Assembly: GCA_002104905.1 (NCBI GenBank)
Contig: MCFE01000066.1
Location: forward strand, 62,001-126,000
From: Basidiobolus meristosporus CBS 931.73
Taxonomy: Eukaryota; Fungi; Basidiobolomycota
Direction of reading: 5' to 3'
DNA: 64,000 nt
This document shows positions 63,322 to 64,000 of the stretch, in pieces; within the stretch, counting starts at the first letter, position 1; each line of letters opens with the position of its first letter. A program made the position numbers and the translations under genes. The notes below the pieces were generated by a model. That model had not been told where the DNA came from. It did no database searches and saw only the letters and a program-made list of their open reading frames with translations.

Positions 63322-64000
63322 GCACAATCTGCAGTCATTAAGAACAATTAGGTGCCATATTGTAGCTACCAGTAGGCAGGATTGCTCTTGGACAATTTTG
63401 CACCATGTGGGACAATCTTTCACACTATGGCACAATCTAACACAATGAGGTTGGCACAAATGATTGGGCCCACTTGTAATGTTTGCATCACGTGCACAAT
63501 TGGATACCGCTATTATGGTAGGTAAAATCTGGTATTTGGATATGTTTTGTTAATGTAAATGGAAATACATGCATATCACACTAAAAACTACACTGATACT
63601 TACCATTTTGCTTACCATCACTCCAATTGGATGGTATCTCAGTGGTTAATTGGTCCAAAAGTATCCTGAAGCTGTCAGCCCCCAGTTAGCTCTTTGACCA
63701 ATAGACAAGCTACCTGATTTGCCATCAAATATCCCATTTTGCCCATTAAGCAAGTAAATCCCTGATCCTAGTGATTGGATAAGGTGTTATAGCTAGCACG
63801 CAATCAATTGTATGGGTGCAAATCAGATCAAATGGCTGCACTGGTGCCACAGATGATGTATACATATGCAGGGTGTTTATCTTTAGGGATCCTGTCACAA
63901 ATGTGAGACAACCTTAATATTGCTTATACCAAAAATTTAGTGATCACTGATTTGCAATGGTTTGATGCAGATTGCAAAAAAAAATGTGTTGTTTAGATCA
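63322..64000. mobile_element. Old, CpG-decayed copy of the PHIS element's left subterminal region (runs off window end)
   Basis: Colinear with ~53186-53860, with most CG changed to TG/CA/TA. Confidence 0.88.

Noticed and set aside
1-64000. Host protein-coding genes, tRNA/rRNA genes, prokaryotic defence or CRISPR systems
   Set aside because: Nearly all sequence is accounted for by TE families; no such signatures were seen.

Overview
This 64-kb window is eukaryotic and consists almost entirely of nested transposable elements. It is probably fungal (inference from a Ty5-like tRNAi-Met primer site and the TE types). I found no host gene, tRNA, rRNA or CRISPR array. The oldest layer is an abundant, decayed ~5.7-kb CACTA/EnSpm-like DNA transposon ending in CCCTA(TG) rather than CACTA. 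It carries a Transposase_21/DUF4218-type ORF and a divergent accessory ORF; one complete copy with a 3-bp ATA TSD spans 31775-43697. Inserted into that layer are: four copies of a 4.7-kb Ty1/copia element (369-bp LTRs); one near-intact Ty3/gypsy element (368-bp LTRs, 4-bp TSD) plus its solo LTRs; LTR remnants of five other families, some with phased heat-shock elements or an AGGGG array; a near-intact 3.4-kb PHIS (PIF/Harbinger-superfamily) transposon with ANT target duplications, a CpG-free DDE transposase and a divergent CpG-rich accessory gene; and three 734-bp foldback MITEs sharing its termini. The window is strongly CpG-depleted, and paired young/old copies show CG->TG/CA decay. All coordinates and mismatch counts were read by eye and may be off by a few bases.
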